Positions 25,222 through 38,594 are shown, numbered from the stretch's first letter. The stretch is DNA of 64,000 nucleotides from Podarcis gaigeae (GCA_964106915.2 OZ066924.1); one strand, 5' to 3'. Translations and numbers: made by a program. Notes: generated by a model from the letters alone, not told the origin.

Positions 25222-25574
25222 AAGGTACCCCTGCCCGTATGGGCCAGTCGTGTCCGACTCTAGGGTTGCGCGCTCATCTCGCTCAAGAGGCTGGGAGCCA
25301 GCGCTGTCTGGAGACACTTCCGGGTCACGTGGCCAGCGTGACTAAGCGGCATCTGGTGAGCCAGCACCAGCGCCGCACACGGAAACGCCGTTTACCTTCC
25401 TGCTATAAAGCGGTACCTATTTATCTACTTGCACCTAAGGGTGCTTTCGAACTGCTAGGTGGGCAGGAGCTGGGACCGAACGACGGGCGCTCACCCCGCT
25501 GCGGGAATTTGAACCACCGACCTTGCGATCAGCAAGTCCTAGGCACTGAGGTTTTACCCACAGCGCCACCCGCG
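25222..25574 (-). mobile_element. Sauria SINE
   Basis: TSD TCACACAAGGTA 25210-25221/25575-25586. Confidence 0.9.
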
Positions 25575-25635
25575 TCACACAAGGTAGTGTTCCGTTAACA
25601 AAATGCTAATTTCCCCATGATTAGTTTTTGAAATA

Positions 25636-25842
25636 CAGTGGTACTTCTGATTGCGAACAGGATCCGTTCCAGAGGCCCGTTCGCAACCTGAAAAGCGCGC
25701 AACCTGAAGCTCCGTATCTGCGCAAGTGCGCGGCACGATCTGGCACTTGTGCGCATGCAGCGAAACCTGGAAGTAACCCATTCCGGTACTTCTGGGTCGC
25801 CATGGGACCCAACCTGAAAAACTGTAACATGAGGTATGACTG
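25636..25842. mobile_element. Tigger-like MITE
   Basis: CAGTGGTAC...GAGGTATGACTG, TA TSD. Confidence 0.75.
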
Positions 25843-26911
25843 TATCCTAGAATGTCTTCATTGCAGCTACATCTCCACTATAAGATTCCCCCCCCCCCTT
25901 GTACTCCTTGAGTTTGAGTCAGATGGGCGGGCAATAATAATAATAATAATACCTATCCAGTAATTCCTGGTGACAAGCACCATATTTCTTATGAAATGAA
26001 GGTGCTGGTGCGCTGGTACTGGAATTCTGACCTTGGATAATCTTCCTGCCCTAGCTGCTATTGTCTGTTATCTAGATGGAGGTTGAGATCTGTAGCAGAG
26101 CAATGGATTGTCCTGGGACAAGCAGCTCTGCAGGCAGGTTAGAAACCTAAAGCTTAGAGAGGGTTTAGGAACTTCTCAGGAGAGGTTTATTGTACCAGCA
26201 GTATTTGGACCCACCTCCAAATGTGAAATACCACTACACCTTTTCCCACAACAGCCTAAAAACGGAAAGGAGCAAGCCTTGGTTTTGGCAAAACTCCCAA
26301 GACTTTTAAGTAAGGTCATTTACTTCACCTCTGAGCTACCTTTGACATTGGCAATGGTGTCAGTTTTATGTAAAAGTTTGAATTAGGAAAAAAAAATCCT
26401 ATGCAAAACCAAGTAATTTGCAGTGGGAAATGTTCAGTTGGTGTCAGAAAATTTTCTGATGCCCTTGGAAATGATGTTAGCATGTTTATTTTACTTGCAG
26501 TTAGTAAACAAAGCTAAAAACTTTGAAACTGGCAGCTTGCCTAATACTAATTTGCAGTTGGCACCTATTCTTATGAAACCCCTTTTTACTTTGTGTGCAG
26601 AAAATAATGCAGCGGAAAATACTCCATTTTTGAAAAGCTTCTACCCCCTTACACTGTGTCCTTGGGAGTTGGGTGACTTTTAGGCTAGTGAGCAAGACCT
26701 CAGGTACATCTGCCATACAAACTGGGACCTTCTTGCTAATTTCTCATGGTCAGGTACCACATCTTGACTCATAGATGGTTAATGGAAGATAGTGTCTTTG
26801 TAGGTTGAATTAGATTCTTAAGCTGCTGGAACAAACCCAGATTTTGGCTACTTTATGAGATGACCAGGATATCTAGTTCATCAGCTTGGTGTGAGTACCT
26901 ACCATGGTGGG

Positions 26912-26986
26912 GGGAGGAGGAGGAGGAGGAGAAGGAGAAGAAGAAGAAGAAGAAGAAGAAGAAGAAGAAGAAGAAGAAGAAGAAGA
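26912..26986. repeat. (GAG)n(AAG)n microsatellite
   Basis: Seen directly. Confidence 0.95.
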
Positions 26987-29900
26987 AAAATAATGTACTG
27001 CTTCAAGCTGATTTATTTCCTGGTATCAACAAACACCAGGACTCACAGGCCCCAGAGAGGCTTATGGCTTATCCTTAAATATGTTTGCCTCTTTCTTTTT
27101 TCTTCCTCCTCACTCTGAAGCAGCGAGCAGAGAGAGGTGCCTTAAACCCCACAATTCTTATAATCCCCACAATTCCTGTGGACATGTATACTTTGGGCTC
27201 AGCAGAATTTTGGGGTACTAGAGATGGTGGCTGCTTCTCTCCTGAACTCCACCCCAAGACCTGCCGTCTGGGCTTGCAAGCTTGAGCGGTGGAGCTTAGC
27301 ACCGCACTCAGCAGAGAAGGACTAAACAAAGTAGCATCAGCCATCACTATAATTTCCCCCAACAGGGAGGAAGGACTGCCAGAGCCAGTCTTGCAGGTAG
27401 ATACAGCAGAAGCAATATTAGGCCAAACTGCTGTGTCTGTGTGTTTGACGCAGTGCCATATCTTTTAAAACTACCTCAAGAAGTATTTATTGATTTACAC
27501 TGAAAAGACTGGCAATGGTTCCGCTCCCAAGCTTGTCATTAACTTTGATGAGATTTGTTTATACTTTTTGCTAAAACAAAAAGAAAAATCCACATGTAAA
27601 ATTCAACTTCAGTAGAAAACCATAATCTTCTTTAGCGTTACAAAGGCAAATGTATGAAGAACTGCCTCCTTGCCTACCCTCCCATTTTTATTCTCCTTTA
27701 TGTCATCCAAAATAAAGGAAAATCTGTTCTTTATGCATGCCAGCCGCCCTCTTTGATTGCACAAACAAGGCAGGCTACCCATTGCCTCAACTGCTGAACT
27801 GAACCCTTTCAGTCACAAGATTGTCTGGAAAAAAATATTTAATGTGAAGTGAACTTTGAAGCACCCTCCTCTCTTACATGCTTCGCTAGAAAAAATTGTT
27901 AATAATAATAATAATAATAATAATATTTATTTATATCCTGCCCTCCCCAGCCGAAGCCGGGCTCAGAGCGGCTAACAACAATAAAATAATACAACATCCT
28001 AAAATCATTTCATTATAAATAAGTTCAAATCAGATTAATGGCAACCATTGGGCTGGAGTTCTGTGAGGATTCCGAGTCTTCTCATTGTTTTCGTCCTCTT
28101 CACACTAAAAAGAAAGAAAAAAAGCATTAGGCAGAGGGCAGCCCTTGAAATCTTAGCTTTCAGCCTGTTGAAACAAATGCCTGGTTGTAGTTAAATTTCC
28201 CATTCCTCAGTCCTTGTTTTCCTAAGGGTGTGAGTGTGGAAATGTTGCGATTCTATGGTCTTTTGGTTCTCTCTGAACAGCTAGTATGTTGTTAGCTAAA
28301 CTGAAGTCATAACTGAGAAGCAATTTCTGATGCTTTTTCTTGTTATGAAAAATGGGGAAGGGTATCTTTTAATGAGATTGTGTACAATGAAATTTCGGAA
28401 GGATTAGAATCTGAAAGGTGTTTTTTTTGCTCCATCCTGAGGTGTTTGAACCAATATCATCAAAAGGTGAAAATATAATGTGTTCCCTGTAAGAAAAACC
28501 CTGGGGCCTCATTTGAATGGTAGAATGCTTGGGGCCTGGTGGGCGGGGCTTGAGTGTTTTGCTCCAGAATCAGCCCCTCCCTTCAGGGTGGTTCCCTTCA
28601 GAGGGACCAAGAAGTAGGATGTGATCTACGATCCAGTGTAAAACTGGCAGTGATCTACCACCCAGGGGTGGGTGCAGGGAGGGTGTGCGTGCTGACAGGT
28701 AGGCATGGGCGCGCACAGGCGAGAGGAGCTCAGGGTGAGGTGGTGTGGCGATCAACCAGAATTCATCCCAGGATTGACTGGTAGATCGTGATCAACGCCC
28801 ATGTCAGCTGTATTTAGTTTCTCTCATTCTGTTATTTTGTTACAGTTTTCTCTCAGTTTATTATTAAAGCTTAGTTTACATTTACGTGAGCCACTTATTT
28901 TTCTGAGAGAAAAAGAAACTCTGCTGAGGAAAGGTGTAGAATATCCTAAAGTTGGGTGAGTGAAGGGATATTCCCAGTTTACCAGGAGGATTGGTTTGGT
29001 TAATTATCGCCCATCCTCTACAACATTTCCATCCTACGAAAACACTTAAAGCTTACTATAGAGAAGTGAAGAGTTCAGGTATAAAGAGTTCATTTGTATA
29101 AAGAGGCAGGGAAACCTGTAAGACACTTCTCTGCCCAGAAATGTTGGCATTTGCACCCAAGAACTGTGCACCCATTTTATCCAGTGTGCAGCTAGTGACC
29201 TCCCTTCGGTTCCTGAATGGCAGGAGGCTGCCCATTGCAAGACAGAACTTGCAAAGAGAATATTGAAATGAGTTGCCCTGGGAGGAGTATCTGACGCCAG
29301 TACAGGCTGCTTTTATAGAAGTAGGGCAAGGTCTGAGAGATTCATATGGACAACTTGTTTTCCTGGGTTATCATCACAAGAAGGCCATGGAAGAGATAAG
29401 TTTTTCTGGAAAAGAAATCAGTTAAATGGGGCCTTGTAGCTGATCAATTGATGCTTTGTTCCCTAGCTAATGACATCTAGCAGTTCCACTAAAAAGCCTT
29501 TTTGCAAATGTATCAAGAAAGTTATGCCTATGTCAGTGGGCATTACTCTCTCCATTCAGATCCTGAATTTTCTTGCCCAGACCTAACAATTGCAGCACAA
29601 ACAGTTTACAATGGATTATACAGTAGAACAAAGACTCCAGTGTCTGGAAAAATCCTCAGAATTAAGCAAAGAGGTTTCTTGCGGTAATTGTCCTAATTCA
29701 ATTCTCAGTTAAATGGCTGAATATAGTTTAAGCCTTTATTTCCGTTTTAATTGGTGGTGTCAGAGAGTATGCATACAAGTCAGGCTCACACTGCTAAGTC
29801 TGTTAGTAGGTTAACGTATGAGTTCAGGTTGAAATTATTTTCTTTATTTCTTTTGGCAATATATCACATATAATTTTATATTTATAAAATCTTGTACCTT

Positions 29901-30092
29901 AAAATATATTTGACTTTGAAGAGAATTCCTGTTGTGTATTAATCTATTTTATCATCCAGTGAAATACAGATACAGTGAAAAGTAGTATGTGAATAAGTGG
30001 TGAACAATTGTTTTATTAGAACTAGGACAAAGGATATATCAAGTGAGAGTAGTCATTTAAATGGATGGGCTTGAGAATCAAATAGAAACTTA

Positions 30093-30420
30093 AGGTAAAG
30101 GGACCCCTGACCATTAGGTCCAGTTGTGACCGACTCTGGGGTTGCGGCGCTCATCTCGCTTTATTGGCCGAGGGAGCCAGCGTACAGCATGACTAAGCCG
30201 CTTCTGGCAAACCAGAGCAGCGCACGAAAACGCCGTTTACCTTCCCGCTGGAGCAGTACCTATTTATCTACTTGCACTTTGACGTGCTTTCGAACTGCTA
30301 GGTTGGCAGGAGCAGGGACCGAGCAACGGGAGCTCACCCCATCGCTGGGATTCGAACCGCCGACCTTCTGATTGGCAAGCCGTAGGCTCTGTGGTTTAAC
30401 CCACAGCGCCACCCGCGTCC
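30093..30420 (-). mobile_element. Sauria SINE
   Basis: Nearly full-length reverse copy. Confidence 0.9.
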
Positions 30421-31061
30421 ATTTGTTGCGCTATAGAATCATAGAATTGTAGACTTGGAAGGGACTCCAAGGGTCATCTGGTCCAACCCTCTGCAATCTA
30501 AAAATCTCAACTAAAGCATCCATGACAGAGGACCATCCCACCTCTGCTTCAAAAACTCCAAGGAAGGAGCGTCCAGCACCTCCAATTTAGAATTCACCAG
30601 CTGAAGACCACTAGATAGTCCTCCAGAGTTAGCTTGAAACACTGAATTCCTCACAACAAAAAACATATTTTTAAGACCTCACTGAATAAATTTTCAAAAT
30701 TAAGCATCACCCCTAAAATGACACGCCCGAGTTGTAGAGAACGTCCATATTCCTACCTCCCTGTTGCTTTGCTATTTTAGAGTGGGGGGGATGGTTGCCA
30801 GTTATTATTCATAACATTGACTTCTTTAGAACCTGGGCCAAATTATCCGTTGGGTAGATACTACTGGGATTCATTGGTGGAGCATGTCTTCATTGCGCCT
30901 GGGGCAGGTGCGCCAAGGGGCGGCGCCCAGCCCTCACTGCTGATGAGACGCCAGCCCCAATCTGCTTTGCAAGGCTGGGATAATGTCAGCCTCTCAGAGC
31001 GGCTCAGGACGTGAGAAGAACGCAACAGCCAGATGCATTAGACCTCCAGTTATAGGGCAGT

Positions 31062-31075
31062 ATATTATTATTATT

Positions 31076-31111
<36 letters not shown>

Positions 31112-31131
31112 TATTATTATTATTATTATTA
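31062..31131. repeat. (ATT)n(AAT)n(ATT)n compound microsatellite
   Basis: Seen directly. Confidence 0.95.
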
Positions 31132-31510
31132 TGGCCACATGCCCTTCGATCCCAGCGTCACCCTCACTTTGCTGGTGATATGAGTACAAGTGACAGCAAA
31201 AATATAGCCAAAAAAGCAAACCACAATCCCTAGTTGAAATAAGCCAAGAATAATGATTTGTTGAAGCTGCTCATCAGAGGAGGGAGCAAAGCAGGTGCAG
31301 GTTCTCCCTCCCCACGCCCACCTGCCCCACATGGTCAGTTCTTGGTCTGACCCTTAGGTGGAAAAATATTCCCCAATTATGGCCTGCTGTAATGTGTGAA
31401 TGCATCCTACACAACACAAATATTCACTTAATATTTGGGGGGGGGGCTGTGAGAGGACCACAATATTCTTTTGATTGTAATTTTTTTTAAAAAAAACTGA
31501 TTTTAATGTT

Positions 31511-31721
31511 CAAACAAAAAATTCCTTCCAGTAGCACCTTAAAGACCAACTAAGTTAGTTCTTGGTATGAGCTTTCGTGTGCATGCACACTTCTTCATCT
31601 GAAGAAGTGTGCATGCACACGAAAGCTCATACCAAGAACTAACTTAGTTGGTCTTTAAGGTGCTACTGGAAGGAATTTTTTTTGTTTTGACTATGGCAGA
31701 CCAACACGGCTACCTATCTGT
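31511..31721. mobile_element. Second hairpin mini-insertion of two inverted Penelope ends
   Basis: Inverted arms nearly identical to 17755-17984; 16-bp TSD AACTGATTTTAATGTT (31495-31510/31722-31737). Confidence 0.88.
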
Positions 31722-31882
31722 AACTGATTTTAATGTTGTATTTTGAGTTGTTGTGACCTGCTCTTGGGCAGGTAATAAATCAAATTATCATTATTAGTGC
31801 CAGGTGCATTGGAAGAGATGAGCAAATTCCATGGAGAAGTTGTTAGCTTGTTATATGGTGTACCCTGCTCCTTAAGTGAGTA

Positions 31883-32139
31883 CAGTGGTACCTCGGGTTA
31901 CATACGCTTCAGGTTACATACACTTCAGGTTACATACGCTTCAGGTTTAGTCTCTGCTAACCCAGAAATAGTGCTTCAGGTTAAGAACTTTGCTTCAGGA
32001 TAAGAACAGGAATCGTGCTCTGGCGGTGCGGCGGCAGCAGGAGGCCCCATTAGCTAAAGTGGTGCTTCAGGTTAAGAACAGTCTCAGGTTGAGAATGGAC
32101 CTCCGGAACGAATTAAGTACTTAACCTGAGGTACCACTG
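31883..32139. mobile_element. Tigger-like MITE, family A (reverse orientation)
   Basis: TIR CAGTGGTACCTC, TA TSD. Confidence 0.9.
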
Positions 32140-33276
32140 TATATAATTGCAGCAGAACTTGAGGCGGGCTGCTAAGAGCAGAGAAATGGCTTTTGTTTTC
32201 TGACACTTACTTTGAAAAGTATAAATCTGTGGTTTTATAAGTTTAGTTGTTCCTGGCTCAAATTTTAAATAATTAGTTATATCCTGTTGGAGAAGTTTGA
32301 ATGTATTGTCACTGGTGTTCTTTGTGGTTGCAAGAAATAATGTGCATGCAAAAGTCAGTAACTAACAAGTTTGGGTGCTGTTTTTAAAGTCCCTCCTCTA
32401 ATGTTAGATGTTGAAGCTTTTCACTGAAACAAACTTGGGCAATGGCAATAGCTTTCCCTTCATGGTTCCAGATCAATTTGATGAGCTATTTGAAGGAGCC
32501 CTGCCGCCTCATGTGCCACAGTGGTGACTGCATCTAATAATAGGGCGACAAAGTGTGAGCCTGTAAAGTAGGGGCAGCCAACTGGGTTGGACTACAACTC
32601 CCTTGCCCATTGGCCATGCTGACTCGGCCTGATGTTATTTGTAGTCCAGCAACACCTGCAGGGAACCCTGTTGGTTATGCTGTAAAGCTGTTTCCCAAAC
32701 TTTGAATAATCATGTACTCCTTCTGAAAGTTTATTCTTGCTGGCATTCCCCTTCTTAGAAGAAGATAACTGGGGAGTAGTTTTAATAATACTATTTTAGC
32801 TTTGAATTGTTTTATGCAGCTAAAAAAGCTATGATGAATTATAATTAAAATTTCTGCCGTGTACCCTTTGAACCCCATTCATGTCCTGCTGAGGGTACAT
32901 GTACCACACTTTGGGAAACACTCCTGTAAAGGATCGAGCCTTATGCCTCTGCTTTCAAGTGGCAGAACTAGCCAGCTTCCCTTGAGCACCAGGACTTCCC
33001 AGTTGCAGGGATGGCATCATGGTGAGGGTTGTGAGAGAGGACCAGTAGTTCTGAGCCAAGGAGCATCCAAGACTGTAGGTGGCTGGCTGAAGGTGCACTT
33101 AGAGATGCTTAGCTTTGAAGTAGCAGGTGTTTTGAGCTGCAAGTAAATGGGTCTCTTCTAATATTTTCAGAGAGCTCTATTGGCAGCCTTGTCTAGGTGT
33201 TGGTCCCAGGAATGATGGTGTTAGGATTAGCCTCTCTGAAACACTTTCCTGTACAAGCCCCATCAAATGAGGAGTA

Positions 33277-33623
33277 AAGTAAAAGGTAAAGGGACCCCTG
33301 ACCATTAGATCCAGTCATGACCAACTCTCGGGTTGTGGCACTCATCTCGCTTTATTGGCCGAGGGAGCCGGCGTACAGCATGTGGCCAGCATGACTAAGT
33401 TGCTTCTGGTGAACCAGAGCAATGTACGGAAACACCGTTTACCTTCCTGCCGGAGCGGTACCTATTTATCTACTTGCACTTTGACATGCTTTTGAACTGC
33501 TAGGTTGGCAGGAGCAGGGACCGAGCAACGGGAGCTCACCCTGTTGCGGGGATTCGAACCACCAACCTTCTGATCAGCAAGTCCTAGGCTCTATGGTTTA
33601 ACTCACAGCACCACCCGCATCTC
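33277..33623 (-). mobile_element. Sauria SINE
   Basis: TSD TCAAATGAGGAGTA 33263-33276/33624-33637. Confidence 0.9.
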
Positions 33624-33727
33624 TCAAATGAGGAGTAGTAGTAGTTACAAAATAGTCTTCTGTCCCATGTTTTTAGACCCTGCTTAGTATCTGCTGTGGG
33701 CAGTGAGACTACTGTACAAATGGTGGC

Positions 33728-33730
<3 letters not shown>

Positions 33731-33770
<40 letters not shown>
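33731..33770. repeat. (AC)n microsatellite
   Basis: Seen directly. Confidence 0.95.
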
Positions 33771-33773
<3 letters not shown>

Positions 33774-33952
33774 AAAGAGAATCCCCAGAGAACTTACAGG
33801 AACATTCTAAATTTGATACTTAGCTGCAGAAATCCTAGGAAATGTATACAAACTAGTGGCTTTTAGAAGTTTGCCTGCCTATCTGTTGTATTAAGACTTA
33901 AGTGAATCTGGTAAAAATAATTTGAATGGAAAAAGGTTTTTTGCTTTCCAAT

Positions 33953-33960
33953 TGTGTGTG

Positions 33961-33995
<35 letters not shown>
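33953..33995. repeat. (TG)n microsatellite
   Basis: Seen directly. Confidence 0.95.
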
Positions 33996-33997
<2 letters not shown>

Positions 33998-34225
33998 CCT
34001 TTCTTTCATCTGTCTTGTCAAATAGCTGCTTAATACCACCATCTAGTGGAAAATTAGTTTATAGGTCATTTGCTGTTTTAACACCCATTACTTCTGTAGC
34101 AGCTGTACCAATCAATTTAATTATACTGGCCATTCGTATTACTCCAAATTCACAGTAACTGCTGATATGACCATTAGTGAGGGATTCAGCACCAAATTAA
34201 AGGGTTTATCTATTTTTGTGTCATA

Positions 34226-34425
34226 NNNNNNNNNNNNNNNNNNNNNNNNNNNNNNNNNNNNNNNNNNNNNNNNNNNNNNNNNNNNNNNNNNNNNNNNNNN
34301 NNNNNNNNNNNNNNNNNNNNNNNNNNNNNNNNNNNNNNNNNNNNNNNNNNNNNNNNNNNNNNNNNNNNNNNNNNNNNNNNNNNNNNNNNNNNNNNNNNNN
34401 NNNNNNNNNNNNNNNNNNNNNNNNN
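34226..34425. other. Assembly gap (200 N)
   Basis: Run of N; true length unknown. Confidence 1.
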
Positions 34426-35770
34426 GGCATGCTATCCAAATCTATTATCATGTCCTTCCAAGTCTGTTATTTCCTCCCTGTCTAACTTGATCCAATCTCG
34501 GATCCATATTAGGGATGCAGCTTCATAATACAATTTTAAATCTGGAAGTGATAATCTGCCTCTTTCTTTCACATCTGTTAAAATTTTGTTTTTTATCCTT
34601 GGTTTTTCCCATTCCAGACAAATCTTGATATTTTTCTCTGCCATTCTTTGAAGCATGCACTCCTTGTTATTACTGGAAGAGTTTGGGAAGAGAAATAACA
34701 TCCTTGGAAGTACATTCATTTTTATAGTTGCAATGCTTCCCATTCATCCTATTCCATGTTTCCAAATTTCTTTTAATTTCCTGCCAAATTTTTTCATAGT
34801 TATCTTTAAAAATATTTATATTTTTTGATGTTATCCAAATTCCTAAATATTTTACTTTTTTATATGCCTCTATCCCTACCATCTCTGTTATTTCTTTCTT
34901 TTTTGATTCTTTAATATTTTTAGTAACAATTTCGTCTTATTTTTATTTAATTTAAATCCTGCCACAACCAAATTCTTGTATTATATTCATACTTTCGGAA
35001 GAGAATTCTTTGGATCCTCTACCGTTATTACCAAATCATCTGCAAATGCTTTTAATTTATGGTTCATTCTTTTTAATTTTAATACCTACTACTTCCCTAT
35101 CTTGTCTTATCTTCTCAAGACTTCCAGAACCAGAACAAACAACAATGGTGACAAGGGACATCCTTGTCTCGTCCCTTTTTGCATACTACATTTATCTGTT
35201 ATTACCCAGTTTATGATTATTTTTGCATTTTGGTCGGAGTAAACAGCTTGCATTCCCCTATTGAAATTTTCTCCAATCCCATCTCCTCCATCACCTTCTT
35301 CATAAAACTCCAAGAAACATTATCAAATGCTTTCTCCGCATCTATAACATTAATGCTTCTTTTTTCTCATTTCCAGATACTCTATAATATTCAGTACATT
35401 TTCTAATATTATCTTTAATTTGTCTACCTGGAAGGAATCCAGCTTGGTCATGATGAATAAATTCTTTTTTTAAAAAAAAAAACATTCTATTTGCCATGAC
35501 AAATACAAATAGTTTATAATCATTATTTAATAATGAAATCAGCCTATAGTTTTAAACTAATGTCACATCCGAATCCTGTTTTGGTATCAAAAGTTATATA
35601 GGCCTCTTTCCATGTTTCTGGAACTTCCCCTATTTTTAGAATCTCATTCATTGTATCTTTCAGGGGATTCACAAGCTGTTCACTCATTTTTTTATAATAT
35701 TTTGCCGTTATTCCATCTGGCCCTGGGGATTTCCCTACTTTTGTTTGATTTATTGTCTCAATTACTTCTT
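34426..35770 (-). mobile_element. Degraded L1/Tx1-type LINE ORF2 (reverse transcriptase)
   Basis: KGTRQGCPLSPLLF, AFADD, KYLGIWI and GRLSLPDLKLYY motifs in shifted frames. Confidence 0.88.
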
Positions 35771-35904
35771 GAGCTTATTGTCACACTTCCTAAGCAAAGT
35801 TTGTGAACCTGCATTTTGTCTTAAATTAGGGCTGTGGACACGTTACTGTTTACTCTGCTCCAGTGTTTCCCCACCCCCATTTGTTTGAATCCATGTACAT
35901 AGGA

Positions 35905-36155
35905 CATGGGTAGGCAAACTAAGGCCTGTGGGCCGGATCCGGCCCAATCGCCTTCTAAAGCCTGCCTGTGGACAGTCTGGGAATCAGCGTGTTTTTACAT
36001 GAGTAGAATATGTCCTTTTATTTAAAATGCATCTCTGGGTTATTTGTGGGGCATAGGAAATTGTTCATTACCCCCCTCAAAATATAGTCCAGCCCACCAC
36101 ATGGTCTGAGGGACGGTGGACCTGCCCCCTGCTGAAAAAGGGTTGCTGACCCCTA
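35905..36155. mobile_element. hAT MITE, same family as 9001 (reverse orientation)
   Basis: 8-bp TSD ACATAGGA 35897-35904/36156-36163. Confidence 0.85.
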
Positions 36156-36434
36156 ACATAGGATATTACCTACAATCCACAGGTATATTTTGTGTTTTGA
36201 TGCAGTTTTCCCCAATCCAGCTTCACCCCATTTGAGAACTGTAGGATGACTCCTTGGGCCATGAGATGCACAATTGACACATTTGCCAATTGGGGGTGGT
36301 CCTATATGTCTAACTTTGGGTGGGGGAGGCGGTATCCCAGAGCAGCATCTCCCTTCCCACCTGCCAACTTGTCCTGATCCCGTTGATTCAAAACTAAGGC
36401 TGCAATCCTACCTAACAATGTCTGTTCAGAAGTA

Positions 36435-36562
36435 GTTACAGGTAGGTAGCCATGTTGGTCTGCCGTAGTCGAAACAATAAAAAACTCCTTCCAGTAATAC
36501 CTTAGAGACCAACTAAGTTTGTCATTGGTATGAGCTTTCGTGTGCATGCACACGTCTTCAGA
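36435..36562 (-). mobile_element. Single-arm Penelope end fragment with hammerhead core
   Basis: Tail plus pseudo-LTR end; TSD TCAGAAGTA (36426-36434/36563-36571). Confidence 0.8.
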
Positions 36563-36684
36563 TCAGAAGTAATTCCCTGGTAAGCGGGTTAGGATTGCAG
36601 TCAAAGGCTTGTTCATTTCAATAGGCCTTACTTCCAAGTTTTGCTGCCTTAAAACAAGAGGTGAAGAGGAGGAGAGATCCATTC

Positions 36685-38594
36685 CAGGGGCGCCGACTTA
36701 TAAAAAATATTGGGGGGGGGCCCATACCGGGGTCCTGCCCCGGGAAGTTTTCTAAATTTTAGATGAAAATTAGTGAGTTTTAAAGTTTTTTTAAGGTATT
36801 TTAGAGTCATATGATCAACATTAGAACCCCGAAAACTCGACTCTCTATAACTCCACACTCCGGGAAACTCGACAAGCCTGAAACACTTTTTGGCTTTGAA
36901 AAAAGAAACAAAACATAAACACGCACGGTATTTTCGTAAAAAGCTAATTTAATTTACAGTAACAATTATGCTTATAGACTATTACAGAGCAGTGAATATA
37001 TAGCTCTGAAAAGACTGAAATGATATTTAAATAAATCCTAAACTATCATTAAAAGAATAAAACATAAAATATTGCTGTCGCACAGTAATAGCACTTTGAT
37101 TAATAAGTGAAATAGCTAATTTAAGCTTACTTTGAATAAGGCTGAGGGTTCATTAAATAAAAATAATATCTCAAAGTTAATGCTTTAATACAGTTAATAA
37201 AGTTAATACAGTATGCCTAATACTGTATGTAAATACTGTAATACTGTATGTAAATAACGGGCTTTAATTGGGTCTTACACCCTAAAAATATTTAAGTATT
37301 TGAAAATAACTAATACAGTACTATAGTAATATAGAAATACAGTACTAAACTAGTACTAATATTTCGAAACTGAAAATTTAACATTCTGTATGTATTTAAT
37401 TCTCTATTTTATAAAGATTTTTAATATCTGACAGTGAGTTTGGAGTAGCCCAATGCAAAAATCCTGAGGATCCATGTGGATCCATGCTTTGTAACCACGT
37501 TTTTGCACCACTGTGACCCTAGGCAACAGTGGGTGCGTGATTTTTTTGGTGCAAGATGTAGCCATGGACATGCTATGTGATCTGATGGTGAATTTGGGGT
37601 GACCCAATGCAAAGATCCTGAGGATCCATGTGGATCCGTGCTTTGTAACCACGTTTTTGCACCATTATGGCCCCAGGACACAGTGGGTGCGTGATTTTTT
37701 TGGTGCAGGCTGTAGCCATGTACATGCTATGTTATCTGATGGTGAATTTGGGGTGACCCAGTGCAAAGATCCTGTGGATCCATGCTTTGTAACCATGTTT
37801 TTGCACCATTGCAGCCCCAGGCAACAGTGGGTGCGTGATTTTTTTGGTACAGACTGTAGCCATGGACATGTAATGTGATCTGATGGTGAATTTGGGGTGA
37901 CCCAATGCAAAAATCCTGAGGATCCATGTGGATCCGTGCTTTGTCACCACGTTTTAAATGGGGAGGGAAGGAAAAACACAGAAGGGACAAGAAGCACAAG
38001 AGGGGTGTGCGGAGAAGCAGCTGGCTAAGAATGCAGGGGAGGAGTTTAACGGGGTGGGGGGGAGGAAAGGAAGGCAAAAGTCCCCCCCCCAAGCCAGCCC
38101 TCTCTCTCTCTTTCCCACCTGCACCCCTAGAGCACGGAGAGGAGGAGGAGGTGGTGGGCTGGAGCCTGCACGCAGTGTGACTAGGAAAGAATTAGAAGGA
38201 AGGACTCGATCCTTTCCTTAACCCTCTGCTTGCCAGGAGGGCAGGGGATTCCCTGCTCTTTGTTGAGTTTGAGCAAACGCAGCAACAGAAGCGGGTGGGC
38301 AGTAAGACCCTGAGGCAGAATGCAGGAAAGCAGCAGCTTCCGCCTTCCCTCCGCCCGACCGCCCGATCATATTTTTGCCTATTTTTGCTCCTGCGCTCCG
38401 GCTCCAGGGACCACACATTCACTCAATAACACGCACAGACATTTCCCCTTACTTTTTAGGAGAAAAAATCTGCGTGTTATAGAGCGAAATTTACAGTAAT
38501 AATTTTCTTAAATTATTGGGGGGGGCAGAGCCCCCCCAAACGAATTTTTGAGGGGGCTCGGGCCCCCTCAGGCCCCATGGAGTCGGCGCCTATG
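36685..38594. mobile_element. hAT-type non-autonomous element containing the right part of the Tc2-like element
   Basis: TIR CAGGGGCGCCGACT/AGTCGGCGCCTATG; 8-bp TSD ATCCATTC (36677-36684/38595-38602). Confidence 0.85.
37425..37955. repeat. Same 154-bp tandem repeat, ~3.5 units
   Basis: Same unit; one copy has a small deletion. Confidence 0.92.

Noticed and set aside
26860-27118. Poly-Lys/poly-Arg ORFs
   Set aside because: Translation of the (AAG)n microsatellite
30719-31160. TGAC...GTCA bounded segment as a solo LTR
   Set aside because: No TSD and no second copy to confirm
34167-34490. ORFs containing X runs
   Set aside because: They span the N gap
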